From assembly GCA_010093815.1 (NCBI GenBank), contig ML996566.1: a stretch of DNA of 64,000 nucleotides. One strand, written 5' to 3'. A model generated the notes under the pieces. That model saw only the letters and a program-made list of their open reading frames with translations, had not been told where the DNA came from and did not search any database. Of this stretch, positions 37,336 to 51,064 are shown one piece after another (within the stretch, counting starts at the first letter, position 1; every line of letters begins with the position of its first letter). Both the position numbers and the translations under genes were made by a program. The DNA comes from Pseudovirgaria hyperparasitica (lineage: Eukaryota).

Positions 37336-39366
37336 TTATGGTAGACTCAAAAACAAAGCAAGCATCTTAGGATAGTTAGGCGTTCCCAGCCCAGTGACCG
37401 GATCCCAGCCTTGCACAGCAGAGAATCCGTCTGTACCGCATCCTGGGTTAGTCCCATTTGTGATGTCGTTGAGGACCCACGGATTCTTGTAGAGGACTGC
37501 ATTGAGAAAACCAACAGGTGTCTTCCCGATGGCAAGCCTCTCTTCATTTATTCTATTGACAACGGAGGCAAAAATCGGGCAGCTTGCGCTTGTCCCTCCA
37601 GACAGACCAAATTCTCCACCAACATACGTAGCGATATTATCTCCAACTGCAGCAACGTCAGGAATGCCACGACCAATGCGGTTATAAATACCACCATATG
37701 ATCCAAGGGTACCGACTAGATCAGTGTTGTTAACAATGGCGCTGTAAGACTTGTAAGGTGGGTTGTGCTTTGCGAAAAAAGTGTCAACGGCAGACTTCTG
37801 ATAGTCTGGAACGGTATAGACGTTGCTGAAACCACCTCCAGACGAGAAGTTGACGTGGTAAGGATGGCCAGCTGGATCAAAGACCGCGCTTTCCGGCTCA
37901 AAGACTGTCTTTCCCGGATACACTTTAGTGGCTCCGACGTTGGTCACCCATGGACAATTGTTTGGCCACGTAGGATTGAATATCGTTCCTTGTGGTCCTA
38001 AGCACCCAGTAGGACCGTCAAAACTGTAAGGTTCGGGGTAATTGCCAACCCCAGCATCTCCAGACGCAAAAATGAAAGACACTCCGCGCAAGCCAAGTTT
38101 CAAATATTCATCACATTGCCGCTTTTGGTATGCCCAAGGTACGTGTGCTTCCTGACCACCGTACGAGAAAGATATTACATTGGTTGATTTGTAAACCCCA
38201 CACTGGGTCTTCCCTTTATAGCCACCAGGAGCTGGGTCAGGATAGATCGGGTCAAGGTTGGGATCGTCTCCTGTTTCTCCATAGGAGGATTTGGTACAAT
38301 AGCTGCCATCAATTGCATCCAACAGATGGTTGAAGCCATAAGTGTACGTTTGATTGGGATCCAACTCGTAGATTGCATCATCTTCCTGGTAGATACTTAT
38401 CCCCTGAGGGTATACAATGGGATAGGCAAGCTGAAGGTCGAGTTCTACCTCACCTCCAGCCTCAGAAGTGTTGTTGGTCGGTCCCGGACCACCGTCAATT
38501 GAGATCACTGTTGGATGGGTTCCATTCTTGATGTACGGAGTAAAGTTGGAGAAGAACAGGTCCAGGTCTGGCTGATAGTAGTACTGAGCTTCAGACTCGT
38601 AGATTCCCAATACATTGGAAGGATTCGGTTTACGGGAGCTAGCAGCAGGTGGGATGCTGTAAAGCGCAGCAACGCAAGCTGGCGTGATCGTGCTATCACA
38701 CTTGCTTAGATCACTACTGCTTGGAAACTGTATGGGTCCTTTCGGTCGGTAGAACTTGTGTGGTGTTATCTTCCGTTCTGTGCGACGCATCAAGTCGTGC
38801 TTCGAATTTGGAGCATTTGGAGGTGCCAATAGCTTGATACCAGGAGTGACATAATCGATATGCTTCTGAACATGTATTGGTACATAGTATTCCTCGCAAG
38901 CAGGAAGTATGCCACCAGTGACTGAGTCTTCGTACTCGTAGTACTCTGTATGCAATATTCTTTCTGCCTCGTCAGCTGTAGCATCAAACGCGAACCAAGC
39001 CTTATTGTCTGTATGTACGATACGATCAATGGTGATACCAGAGTCAACGAGCCAATTTCGAACCGTCTCAATCGTCTCGTTTGAGGGGTGGAAGAACTGG
39101 ATGATCTCTTCGGATGTCCAGTGCTTGCCATAGTTTTTCGAGTCAGGGTCAGACACGTCCAGGAGGTGCAGATGGGCATATTCGAGATTGCTCTGAGCTA
39201 ATCCTATACGCATTGGTAATATTGACCTAGAATGAACGCGTTGGGCTTTAGTCCATCTTGGATGTATCGTCGCTCGCTTCTCGTGGACTGCATGGTTTGA
39301 CGGTACCGCTAGAGCGAGGCCTGCTTTCAGCAGAAGCACCAGAGTAACAAAGTTGAGGCCTAACAT
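37336..39366 (-). CDS. Secreted sedolisin / tripeptidyl-peptidase-like serine protease (S53, aorsin-like)
   Basis: Signal peptide from M at 39366 (alternative upstream starts exist). Pro-domain VSDPDSKNYGKHW, catalytic GEVELD, SGDAGVG and GGTSAS, and Ca-binding GWDPVTGLGTPNY. Confidence 0.93.
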   Translation of the reverse strand: MLGLNFVTLVLLLKAGLALAVPSNHAVHEKRATIHPRWTKAQRVHSRSILPMRIGLAQSNLEYAHLHLLDVSDPDSKNYGKHWTSEEIIQFFHPSNETIETVRNWLVDSGITIDRIVHTDNKAWFAFDATADEAERILHTEYYEYEDSVTGGILPACEEYYVPIHVQKHIDYVTPGIKLLAPPNAPNSKHDLMRRTERKITPHKFYRPKGPIQFPSSSDLSKCDSTITPACVAALYSIPPAASSRKPNPSNVLGIYESEAQYYYQPDLDLFFSNFTPYIKNGTHPTVISIDGGPGPTNNTSEAGGEVELDLQLAYPIVYPQGISIYQEDDAIYELDPNQTYTYGFNHLLDAIDGSYCTKSSYGETGDDPNLDPIYPDPAPGGYKGKTQCGVYKSTNVISFSYGGQEAHVPWAYQKRQCDEYLKLGLRGVSFIFASGDAGVGNYPEPYSFDGPTGCLGPQGTIFNPTWPNNCPWVTNVGATKVYPGKTVFEPESAVFDPAGHPYHVNFSSGGGFSNVYTVPDYQKSAVDTFFAKHNPPYKSYSAIVNNTDLVGTLGSYGGIYNRIGRGIPDVAAVGDNIATYVGGEFGLSGGTSASCPIFASVVNRINEERLAIGKTPVGFLNAVLYKNPWVLNDITNGTNPGCGTDGFSAVQGWDPVTGLGTPNYPKMLALFLSLP

Positions 39367-40132
39367 AGCTGTAACAGTATACAAGCTCATTTGAAGAGTT
39401 GACCACATTCTGGAGCCATCGAGACTTCAGACAAGAGCATGTCTTATAGTACCAAATGACGTACAAAACCTGCATTAGTCCGGTATCTCCAATAGGCAGG
39501 TAGATAGATATGACCCCTCTCTCTGTTAAGCATGCTCGGGTATCACAGTTATCTGATTGGAAAGGAGAACGCCTTCAAGGCTAAACACAAACGCCGTGCT
39601 CTATCTAAATCTGTCCAAGCCTTTTAAGCCACGCTTGGCAGGAGCTTGTCATCCTCAGACAGAAGCTTGTCTTTCAGGCATGGGGAATCCATTCATTGGC
39701 AGGGCAACTTACCTTGGGGAGTCGCATAGAAGTTACTAGTGATTGGCATTGCACCCCAAAGGCGGCACCAAGCATCTATGATCACTTCGATCTTCAGGCG
39801 TAGCTTGTGACCAATTGCAGATTCAGCCCGCAGTTGTGTAAAAAACCATCTCTAGGAAGCTTATATTCCCCTGTCAGGTTTGCTACAAGGAAATGTTCTA
39901 TAATCGGGAAGACCTCGGGCAGGGAGGATTCTGGCTTTCGTGAAGCAGACAAAGCGAGGTTTCTATCCTGAAGCCAGGCCCGGGGGATGATGGCCTCAGG
40001 CACCAATTACGCATCCATGGGTCGGTTCCATGGACGGATAACTCTTTCCGGGAGACTCTTTCTCCACACTCCAGCTTCAATGTCTTCCGCAGCACTACAT
40101 CACGGCCCGCAATCCAGTGACGTCTGTCTACC

Positions 40133-41783
40133 ATGAGTGGAGGTCCTGTACGCATTGCCGTCGAGGGTTGCGTAGGTATCCGCATCATCCTGCCCTTGGA
40201 CTAGGCTAATATGGCTGCTCTATAGGGCCACGGCACGCTTCACTCCATATACGCGTCCGTCGCACGTTCCGCTAAGCTACGAGGCTGGGAGGGTGTGGAT
40301 CTGGTCATAATATGCGGAGACTTCCAGGTATGACGCTCGTCTACCCTAGCTCCAACATCGCTAACACGGACAGGCAGTGCGTAATTCCTTCGACCTGAAC
40401 TGTATGTCAGTGCCTCCGAAGTATCGCGAGATAGGCGACTTTCACGAATATTACTCTGGCCGGCGTCTTGCTCCATACCCCACAATCTTCATCGGAGGCA
40501 ATCATGAAGCCTGTAATCACAACTGGGAGCTATATTACGGTGGATGGGCAGCCCCTAATATCTATTATATGGGTGCCGCCAATGTGGTACGCTTCGGTCC
40601 ATTAAGGATTGCTGGTCTCTCCGGTATCTGGAAGGGGTACAACTATCGCAAGCCACACCATGAACGTATACCATATTCGCCTGATGACGTGAAGAGTGCC
40701 TACCATATAAGGGAATGGGATGTCCGGAAGCTACTCCAACTTCGGACTCAAGTAGACATCGGTCTCAGTCACGACTGGCCCCGTAAGATAGAATGGCTTG
40801 GCGATTGGAAAACGTTGTTCGCGAAGAAAGTACATTTCGAAAAAGACGCACGAGATGGTAGCTTAGGCAGCCCGGCTGCCAGATATGTCCTAGATAGGCT
40901 CCGACCGCCGTTCTGGTTCAGTGCTCATTTGCATGTCAAGTTTGCAGCAACTGTCACACATAAGGCTCAGTCAGCGTCAGACGAGATCAAAGCGAACAGC
41001 GCGGCGCAATCAGCTACTCCTATCATTCCCAAAAATGACGATGAAATTGATCTCGATATGGACGATGGCGATGAACAACCAGCCTCTGTGGCTATTGAGG
41101 GACTGTCCAAACCGACCGAAGATCTGAGAGCACAGCTTCCAACATCATTTCTGAAACGAAAGGTGCCTGAACGTAACATCACGCTTCCGACAGAGATCTA
41201 CAATCAGACCACTCAATTTCTTGCTCTAGACAAGTGTCTAGCACATCGTGAGTTTCTACAGCTTCTTGAAGTTGTGCCCACAGAGGCGACTCCTGTGGAG
41301 CGACCCTTCTCACTTCAGTACGATAAGGAATGGCTTGCAATCACACGCGTCTTTGCCAAAGAGCTCATCGATGGTAGTCCAAATGAGAGTTTATCCGAAG
41401 ACAAGGGTGAGCGATACTATCGCCCGCTAATTGAACAGGAAGAAACCTGGGTAGAATCAAACCTTATAAAGTCAGGGCGCATGGGCATACCAGAGGACTT
41501 TGCAATTACTGCACCAGCATACGATGCTGCGGAAGGGCTTATGCCGAGAGGACAGCCAGTAATTTACAAGAATCCGCACACACAATCATTCTGCGACCTG
41601 ATACAGATACCCAACGCTTTCCAGCCGTCTGCTGACGAGCTTGCTGTGTGGGAAGGGCGAACATCAGTGACGACGCAATTCGACGACCATGTCTACGTTA
41701 GCGGTAGAGGAGCTTCCCACAGAGGTCGCGGCCGTGGATCGTCAAGGGGTGGTAGAGGGAGCGGTAGGGGCCAACGTAGGTGA
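40133..41783 (+). CDS. DBR1: RNA lariat debranching enzyme, 3 exons
   Basis: RIAVEGC|GHG..CGDFQ|AVRN..MSVPPKY, GGNHEA, SHDWP, WFSAHLHVKF and FLALDKC motifs. Introns 40172-40225 and 40328-40373. RGG tail. Confidence 0.95.
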
Positions 41784-43363
41784 AGCGACGCTTCTCGCCG
41801 TGGTGCGGTCGTGCATCGATTATTGATTGCCATAATATTGCCACAACGAGGAAAATTCCGGGGTTCGATGAGGACCCTCGTAAGGGTTTGGGCAAGGGTC
41901 GTCCAGATCTTGCCTGATATTGGCCTGATTATTTGCCGCACGCCAGTGCATTTCGGTCAATTTCCTGGTCAGATCTGAGACAGTAGACAGTATCCACGTT
42001 GGGATGTACCCTTCAAGATTACTACTTGATGTTCATAGCAACATCCCAGGGCATTGCAGCAGACGCGTATATGACGAGTCACTGGAAGATTCGGAAGTAT
42101 GTAGCTTATCAAATAAATTCCCTGCTCATGGTGAGGTAGCCACCACCTACGCCATCGCGCAGCGATACCCAAGCACGACGCCGCAGCGTTCGCAATCATC
42201 ACCACATAAGCAGATGCAAGGCAGCGGATGATGGGCACGAAAATATCACTATAGTGACGTCAAACTTTGTGGTGCCCACATTCCAGAGCAAAGGGTCTAC
42301 ATATCCCTGCGTGCCAGCATTGTCGCGATACTCGGAGGAAGCATCGAAGTACGGAAGAAGACTGGACCAACCACGTCAACGACAACGAGACTTCCGTGGT
42401 AGGCCATCGTGCGATAAATCAGATGCAAGCTGCAGTACAAACAGTAAAATCGAGCCTGCTGACGAGCAAGCGGAAATATACGCCATGATGGGTGGCTAGT
42501 TAAAAGGACGCGCAAGAGGTGTGGTCTATCGCAAAGGCTGCCAGCCCCCCTGTGTGGTCTCCGGCCCCGGTACATCTTCCAACACGTCCCTTGTCCCGAT
42601 TCACGAGCATTTGTGAATATCAGGGTCTGGGACCTGCGGATCGGCATCTTTTAGAAACCTGGTGGGCACGGCTCACCTGCTGCAGCAAGAAAAAAATAGA
42701 AACGCATTCCTTCGAGAAATTTGCCATGAGCGCCAGATTGGACCTAGAACTGTACCAGCACCAGCTCGCAACTGGCCATGCTTCCAGGCACGAAATTAAT
42801 TTGACAGATTTGATCGAAGCAATAGATTGGGTGCGCTTGTACTGTCCAGGCCACAGTCGAAAGGCACTACCACGGTAGGATGCCTTTCATTTGTGGTTAA
42901 GCTGCAGTTGGTGCTGGAACCGATCTGCATCTTCTTAACGCTGGCTCGAACGGCGTCTTCCTCCACACCAAACCTAAAGTATGTCGAGGCGTGTTCACAG
43001 ACCCAGGGTCCTACGGGAGCCAAAGAAGGATCGCCCGCCTGTTGTGTGTAGCTTTGGATTTCCCCCTCTCGCGACCCGTTGCGGAGCATGCGCGCGTGTC
43101 GCATACAAAAGCAGCCTTCTCCCTCCATCCCTGACGGAAGTCCTATAGCAGACAATCCTCCGTATCAGGCCTCCGCTCGCGCATATATTTCCGACTCATC
43201 ACTGTTGTTGGTGCCGTATCTTTTTTGACCAGCCTCCATCCACTTGCCAGCATTTCATACTACAACGCTAGCCCCTGCACCACCATTTTTGCCTTCGGTT
43301 TCAACAATCAACACAAGCCATATTTTCTTCTCAGTACGCTCATCAGAACACCCTTCAATCGAC

Positions 43364-43588
43364 ATGGCTGCTTCCAAGTTCACGGAGTTACTGGACTCTA
43401 ATGTCGAAGTCTATCATGCAAACAATCTTAGCTTAGAGGACATCATCGCCGAGACTCAACGCCGGTCCTCATCCGGATCGAACGACAGCCAGTACAGCAG
43501 ACAGAGTTCAAGTCCCACAAACTCGTCTCCCACCGAACCATCGAAACTCAAGTTGAGACGCCTAACGTGGGGAATCAAGAAAGGATGA
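43364..43588 (+). CDS. Small Ser-rich hypothetical protein (74 aa)
   Basis: MAASKFTELLDSNVEVYHANNLSLEDIIAETQRRSSSGS...KLRRLTWGIKKG. Good ATG context (GACATGG), a pyrimidine-rich leader and a double stop (TGATAA). Confidence 0.65.
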   Translation: MAASKFTELLDSNVEVYHANNLSLEDIIAETQRRSSSGSNDSQYSRQSSSPTNSSPTEPSKLKLRRLTWGIKKG

Positions 43589-46500
43589 TAATGCACACGG
43601 CATCTGCACCCACTAGAGTTGATCACACACTGATCACATCACAACATCTGAACGACATAGGTCTACCTCAGTCCGGCTGCATATCGACTCTGCAACACCT
43701 CCTGCTCCGCCATCATAACGTATGAGCTTGCGTCGCCTCGCGTTCAAAATTCGACTTTGAGGCCTACGAAACCACGACGAAACCCGTGTCGAGTCTGTGG
43801 TGGCGATGCGAGACGCGAATACTCCGTGGTCCGCACCTGTCACCCAGTCGTCCCACACCACGCCAATCACGAGACCACACCTAGACCACCAGTAGCCAGT
43901 AGCCAGTAGCCACACAGGGCATCCTAACTTAACTTTGGCATGGCATTTCGCAAATTCCACCTATTGTCTTTGATGTCTCACTGCATCATCACACCATCTT
44001 CGATATCACGAGCTTGAGGTTTGGGAATATCCGATGAGGTCTTTCAGGAAGCATCGAAGGCGCAATCCATACTCCCTTGTGGGATTACAGAAAATAGCGT
44101 TATTGCACACTCCATGTATATGTATACATACTACAAGCGATGCCATGGTAACCAAGCATGCGCAACACATCAAAATTGCATATATACCTACACCACACTC
44201 CACTCTGCATTCTACACGTTACAGTTATAATAAACTATTACAAATTATCAAAACACTATTGTCTCGCTCAACGGTTTTCTAATACGCACACCGCTCCGGC
44301 ATAGTGATACACATGTGACACTCACACGTTCTCTAGAAGTGTTTTTAGGGCGACCGCTTTTACTGATTATAGCATAAGCCTCGGAAATTAGTGTCAGCAA
44401 AAATATCATGATTGCTACTGGGAACGGCAGAAGGCAGCAGCAGAGCAGAGACGGAAACAATGAATGGGATCTGCAGCAGGCGACCTTAGTGAGTAATGGT
44501 CAACCAGGCGGCGGCCGCGACCACTCAACAAACAAACAGCTAAGAACTATTAACCTTTCCGTTGTAGGCTCAGTGTCGAACTCCCCCTTCCTCTCATAAG
44601 TGAAGGTGGCACGAATCGCGCAACCATCTATAGTATCGTATCATATCGTGTAAAGCCTATCCCGCCTCGCAGCGCCACTTCCATAGTATATGCGGTGCGA
44701 ATGTGAATTATTTTTCCTCAAGCAGACGCGAACCGTTTGATACATTGTCTAGACCGCAGAAAAAGGCATCTGCGCAATAATAAATTCAACAACTCAAGTT
44801 CAAAATCAAACCTAGATGTTCATGGATGGACCTGCAAATGCACACGCATGCACGCATGTCACTGTGACCATGCCACTATTCTGGAAACGAACATATCATC
44901 CAGTCTTTCCTGTTCCTTGGGCGATTGCATCCATAGCATTAGCAGGTAGGCCCTATTACCACAAGCTAATTAGCCGTGCGGAGAAACTTGTCGTGCATAC
45001 AGTGCAGTGCAGTACAGCTAGCCATGTGGCTACTGTTAGTATAGTTCAGTCAGACTTTCAGTTCGCAGAGAGAAAATGATCGCGTGCGCATGCTCGTGCA
45101 CTGGGCTAGTTCGATAGCGCATGTCTAGAGAGATATGGATGTAGATAGGAAGAGGGATAGGGCATTGATAGCATGCAACCGGATGCGAACCGTGGGCCGG
45201 TGGATGGCTATGGAATTTTGTGGGAACTGTGAATATTTGGGTGAGCGATGTGGATCGCGTACCTGTGATCAGGGGGAGGGGAAGGGAGGCGAGAGGAGGG
45301 GCACGAGCCTGGGGAAGTCAGGGGCAAGTAATCCGGATGCCAGTAACAAAGGACAATGGAATTGGCCCATGTCCATGGATGGATTTCTTCGGTCTTGCCT
45401 TTTCTTACGGGCGGAACAGGGCAGGACAATTTGTCTATTGTCCATTCATCCCATTGTCTATCGGCGTTCCGTCTGTTCATCCATTCCATTATCTATTGTC
45501 TCTCTGTCGCGTAACCATTCATCGGCTGCGGCACAGGCGTTCGGTTTGTTCTAGAACATCCATGCATGTATTGACTCATCGCTGTGTGAGTAGACACGGC
45601 ATATAGGCACGCAGGTAGGATGTCGGATGTAGAGTGGTTTTTATGGAGTGTAACTCTGCTCTTGGCGCTTTTATTCTTTTCATCCATTCATGGTCTGACT
45701 AACAGGGGACCGATGGATAATACCTGTTGCTTTGGTGCTCCTCACCGCTTCAACTAACGGCTTTAGCGACCCACTAAGCCTTGCGGGGGCACGCTTGCAA
45801 CCATTGCACTACGTTTGGGGGTACAGTTTGGGATAGCCTAACAATCACTTCATTAATACACTTCTAAAAAGCTCTGTTATTCTCTTAGTTTTCTATACCG
45901 TTCAGGTATTACAAGTATTAACAGCTATACTCGTTGGAACTCTAGGGAATAATTAGTAGACATAGAACATTGTCCAGGTAGTGTATATTTCAGGTGATTG
46001 AATTTCTGAGTCGCATCTTTTCTGTAGTTACTAATGAGATTTCGTACAGCTCACATGAATCTTTTCCTCTATGATAAGCGTCCAAGGAGTCGCTGTCTCT
46101 AAAGTAACACGATTTTGAGAGGCGAGTGATGCATAGCGACTGAATTTCAATATTAAAGTGAAGTAGCTCTGTATGCGGGAGAATGCATGACGGGCGAGTA
46201 GGGACACGACACGACACCGCCTTGGAGCAGTTGCCTCATACTATGGGCCCTCAGGCCGCTCGTAGGCTGTAGCTTGCATATTATGTTGGAACTTGCATGA
46301 TATAAGGCCTAAGAAGCAATATGGGAACCGAGATCTGGTTTGTTTTCGAAGTGCTGTCATTTTATAAGATAGGGAGGCAGGAGTGGACAGTAGTCTGCTG
46401 ACTCAGCTAACTTATACTTGAAGTTTTTAATTCTATCATAGCTTCTCAGTCACTAATGTACAGAGCTCTGCTTTACACTATCTATGTGAACATCTGACAA

Positions 46501-46825
46501 GCCCTTCATCGGCCCATGCAAGGCGAGATGAGCACAACGAGGCTGGCGGTTGACCTAAGAGGAAGACCACCACAGTTCCACGAAAAACGCCCACGACAAA
46601 CACTGCAGGACAAACAAGCTCGATGAGTGGCTGTTCTGTATGACCCTGGTTCGTCGGGACTTCAGTGTCCGATACGGTGGGCGCTTGTGTGCAGTACAAA
46701 TCGTTTCTGTATAGTACTGCACCCTCTCATTTATCTCTGTAACTCCCACTCTACCCATTGATGTACGTCAAATCCACTTTTCATTTTCGCGGACGGTGAA
46801 GTCAGTCACAACTTTCGAGGCACAA

Positions 46826-47869
46826 ATGGCTTCTAGCTTCGAGTAGTAAGTGGTGTATCATCAGTGTCAACTTCGTTGACTAATATTGAGTAGCTTCATT
46901 CAATCACAGCAGTTTACCTTCTATATTGGCCGAGAGGAGAAACCTATTGTGGTGCATGCTGCTGTAATTGCGGCGACTAGTCAGCAGCTGAATGTGCTTA
47001 TCAATGGCGGAATGGAGGAATCTGAGAAGCAATCTGCTAGGTTCAAAGATGTCCGTGTTGATGATTTCATTCGGTTCTGCGAGTATGCCTACCGTGGAGA
47101 CTATACAGTACCTCCGTGCGAAAAAATCCGACAGGAACAGAACTCTTTAGATGGCAAGACGCAGCCTCCAGATGAACAACCCCAGCAGGAACCGAGCTCC
47201 GTAGCTATCCAGACACAGGAGGCCAGAGAGGAGTGGCCTTGGACGGCCGATCCATTGGCATCCAAGAAAAAGCCCAAAGGGAAAAATAGGAAACACGCCA
47301 ACGACTGGGGTCAATCGATAGACTTTGATTACCCATCAGAAATACCCAAAGGAGAAGAGCCCCCTGTTGAGCTTCCTCAACATGAAGTAAAGCCTGCCCC
47401 AAGAACTAGGTTGCGGACACAATTTAACAGTCGAGAATTCCTCACCGACAACGACCCGAAAGCTCTGATCCTAAAGAATTTCGAACCGAAATCCAACAAG
47501 GCCGCGCACGAGAATTTCACACCAGTCTTCCTCGCTCATGCACGTCTTTACTGGTTTGCGCATCTCCGACTGATAGAGCCGCTGAAAGCGTTAACCCTGC
47601 GCAAGCTGCACAAGACGCTGTTGGACTTCAAACTGTACGACAGTCGCGTCGGAGATATTGTTGAACTCTCGAGGTATATATACTCGAACCAAGACCTGCC
47701 CGGCCGGAGCGAGGATGGCACTCTCGATGAGCTGAGAAAACTAGTAGTTGAGTATATCGTTTGCGAAATCGATACGATTGGAAAGAATGATGAGTTTGTC
47801 AAGTATATCGAAGAGGGCGGTGAGTTTGTCGGGGATTTCTGGAGGATGACAAGGGATTATATAGCCTGA
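46826..47869 (+). CDS. BTB/POZ domain protein, 2 exons
   Basis: MASSFE|YFIQSQQFTFYIG..VHAAVIAATS..LINGGMEES..FIRFCEYAYRGDY; LAHARLYWFA. Intron 46846-46893. Confidence 0.88.
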
Positions 47870-48126
47870 TCTAGGGCAATATACGTAGCTAGTCTGCACA
47901 GATAAGAGCGCTCGTGCAACCAAAAGTCCTTTATTCTGCTCGTTACTTATTCTCCTATACCTTTTGCAGGTCAGGATTGACTCGCCTCCGCTTGGGAGTC
48001 AAGATTTGTCTAATTGAGTATCATCACCATCAGATCTGCGGATAAACCTCAGCCTGGCTGAGGGACATCGCAATGCGTCGATTGTTCGAGAACGGCTCCA
48101 GCTTCTCGAGCTCATCATCAAAGCAC

Positions 48127-48342
48127 CAACATCGACAGCAACATCGACAGCAACATCGACAGCAACATCGACAGCAACATCGACAGCAACATCGACAGCA
48201 ACATCGACAGCAACATCGACAGCAACANNNNNNNNNNNNNNNNNNNNCGACAGCAACATCGACAGCAACATCGACAGCAACATCGACAGCAACATCGACA
48301 GCAACATCGACAGCAACATCGACAGCAACATCGACAGCAACA
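48127..48342. repeat. Perfect 12-bp tandem repeat (CAACATCGACAG)n spanning an assembly gap
   Basis: About 8 identical copies on each side of a 20-N gap. Confidence 0.97.
48228..48247. other. Assembly gap (20 N)
   Basis: Run of n characters inside the 12-mer array. Confidence 0.99.
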
Positions 48343-48990
48343 CTCATAGCGTAACTTCGTGTGACCAGATGCGTCCCATTATTTCGATACACTACGAGTA
48401 TCCGAGTGCTCATCATTCCACTTCTCGATCAACATGTGTCCCATTATCATCTGTATGCGCCTCACAAGCCCAAATCTGACCCAATAATTACACGACTGAC
48501 GGGTTCGACGCTGATGGAGCTACGTGCGCTCGGCATCACCTTACTGTGAAGCAATCTGCATGGACAGCGATATAGCACTGTTTGATTCTGAAACATGCAC
48601 TGTTGGCACCGAAGATTGCTCGATCCAAAGCGAGCGAAACAAGGGCAAGCAAAGACTGCCACTGAGTCACAAAGCGTCGTCTAGCACTCACGTATGCACA
48701 ACTAGTTCGAGAGCACACGCCAATTCCAAGCCAATTCCACGCATACCATATCCAGGTCGAAACCCCAAGAAAGTCAGAGAAGCCAGAGCCAAACCAAGTC
48801 TCCTTCTAAAGACGTGCATACTCCTCCCGAAAACGCCTACCAGACCCCGAGACCCGAATCCAAATCCAAACACCAGCCTTTCCCAGACACCAAAAACCCA
48901 TGTCTTCCCCCTTTACCCCCCGATAAAGCACATATCCCAACTCCCAAACCAACCACCACCTTCCTCCTCCATGCTCCCTATCCCCACACA

Positions 48991-50233
48991 TCACGCCCCA
49001 CGGTCCGCATCCCCATCCCCCATATCCATAGCCCACAACTTCGCCGTCTCCTTCTCATAACTCCACTCCTCAACCCGCGGAATCGGCGGCAAATCCTGAT
49101 CCACCCATCCGCGAAACGGCACTCCGTCGAACGTCTTCTGCGCGTAGGGGCGGGCACTATATGGGCTGTATCTTGAGTATTAGCGGGTATATATGTATCA
49201 TACAAACATGCAGCAGCAGTAGCAGCAGAAGCCCAACGTACCGTCCCATTCCTTGCCCTCGGCCTTGGCCTCGGCTTCGATTTCCACGCCCGCGACTGAA
49301 CCATGGCCGCATACTGGTCAATTCGCGCGGTCCCTCTGGGTCGTCGAGGTCGATGTATGTGCTTGTAATACGCCGGGTGTTGTAATGTGCTGGGTAGCGA
49401 GGTTGTTTTGCGATGCGGTAGGGATTGTGGGGGTTGTATGATGGGTTGCGTGGACCGCGGGGGGCGTGGGTGGGAGGGTTGTTGTTGATGTTGTAGGGAC
49501 CTTCGTGGTGATTGTTCTGGTAGGTATCATGGTGGTTGTGGTGGTGGTCATGCTGGTGGGCCTCACGGTCGACAATCTCGCCGTCCTCCATATCCTCTTC
49601 TACATCCATGCTCTCTGTGCTATGATTGATAGCAGCAGAACCAGAACTAGCACCAGCACCAGCACCAGCAGTGCAATTCCCAGGCGCATGCCGCGACGCA
49701 AGCAGGCCTTCACCACCAGAGAACATGACACTTTCCGCACCGTCATCCGGGATCGCACCACTGGTAGCAGGAGAAGACAAAACACTGTCGCGGCGCCTGC
49801 TTGGAGATATGAGGGTTGCATTGTGCGCGGGTGGAGCCTGTATAGGAGGTGGATTGGTATGTGTGACCTGAGCAGCAGAGGGGGGCGAGGGAGGAGTGGA
49901 CGTGTTGAGATGTGATTCTGTGGTCATGCTCCCACGCATACCATGTCCGCGCCGCTGTGCGAAGAGTGGGTGTGCGTGTGTATGTGTATGTGCCGGCATG
50001 GGGACGCGCTCTGGCTTCATCGTGCTGAGGGACTGGGACGCCGACTCAAGCAGAGCGAGGGCGGTGGCAACGGCGGCATCATCATCGGTGGTAGTGAGAG
50101 GAGCGAGATTGGATGGACGTTGCTGGTGAGGATGGCTCTGGCGGTCCTGATGGGCGGCGGAGTTGGAGAGGTACGTGTGTGCAGGAAAACGCAAGGGGCT
50201 GACACTGACACTGGCGCTGGCATTCAGCGACAT
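48991..50233 (-). CDS. Low-complexity, probably disordered hypothetical protein (2 exons)
   Basis: Long minus-strand ORF. Intron 49241-49166 (GTACGT..CTAAT..CAG) joins it to a final exon RPYSARPYAQKTFDGVPFRGWVDQDLPPIPRVEEWSYEKETAKLWAMD...*. It contains EDMEDGEIVD, APRGPR and RG repeats, as seen in RNA-associated proteins. Confidence 0.65.
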
Positions 50234-51064
50234 TGTTTGGCGTGTGGTGTTTTGGTGGGTGGCTTGAGAGGTGGTGTATGGGTGGATCTGAATCTGAATG
50301 TGAGATGCAAACCGAAGTTGAATAAAAGTGACGATATGCAGAGATAGACTGAGATTTGTCAGATTAGGATCGCGTAAGTACCGAATTCAGGAATCCAATC
50401 TTGTCATTTCTAGACGAGGAGAAGGTGACTACAAACCGAAAGTATAGGTCGAGTCAGTGAGTTCGAGTATTGAAAACAGACGATGGCAGACGTTCTTGGA
50501 TGGTAGGTCAACAAGAGTAAGAAGAGAAAAACGAGCAAAGAAAAAGAATTCAGACGATGCGATGCGAATCTCGAAGAAAATATAGGCCAATGTATCATTG
50601 CGCTGAATGCATTGTCCGGGTATGTGAGTCTGGCTGTCCGGGTATGACTTGGGTTGTCAGGGTAAGACTTGCTATTATCAGTGGAAACAGTCGAATTGCA
50701 TAGGGCAGGACTTTTGAATGAGATTGTAGCTCTGGAGTGACTTCAAGGGACTCCCGGCTAAGACTTTGAGGGCAGGAGAGAGCTAGTGAATGTAATTCAG
50801 TCGATGAACACGTCATACTATACTGCGCTTAGACATGTTACGTCTGCGTTATCTTATTGCATCCTACCCGGCAGTGACTTCAGCTACGGGTTCTGTCAGG
50901 AAGATTCAATAATCACAATGAAACCAGAACACGACGCCGTGAAAATCAACATGCCTGGACATGTAAACTCGTCCTCTAGACTCGAAAGTCTCGATTGTTT
51001 GGATACGTACGACATGTATCCTTCACCTCACGTCATGATCCTGAAAATATGCATTCAGATCAGA

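Noticed and set aside
48127..48342. CRISPR-like array
   Set aside because: Head-to-tail identical 12-mers with no spacers, eukaryotic context and no cas genes.
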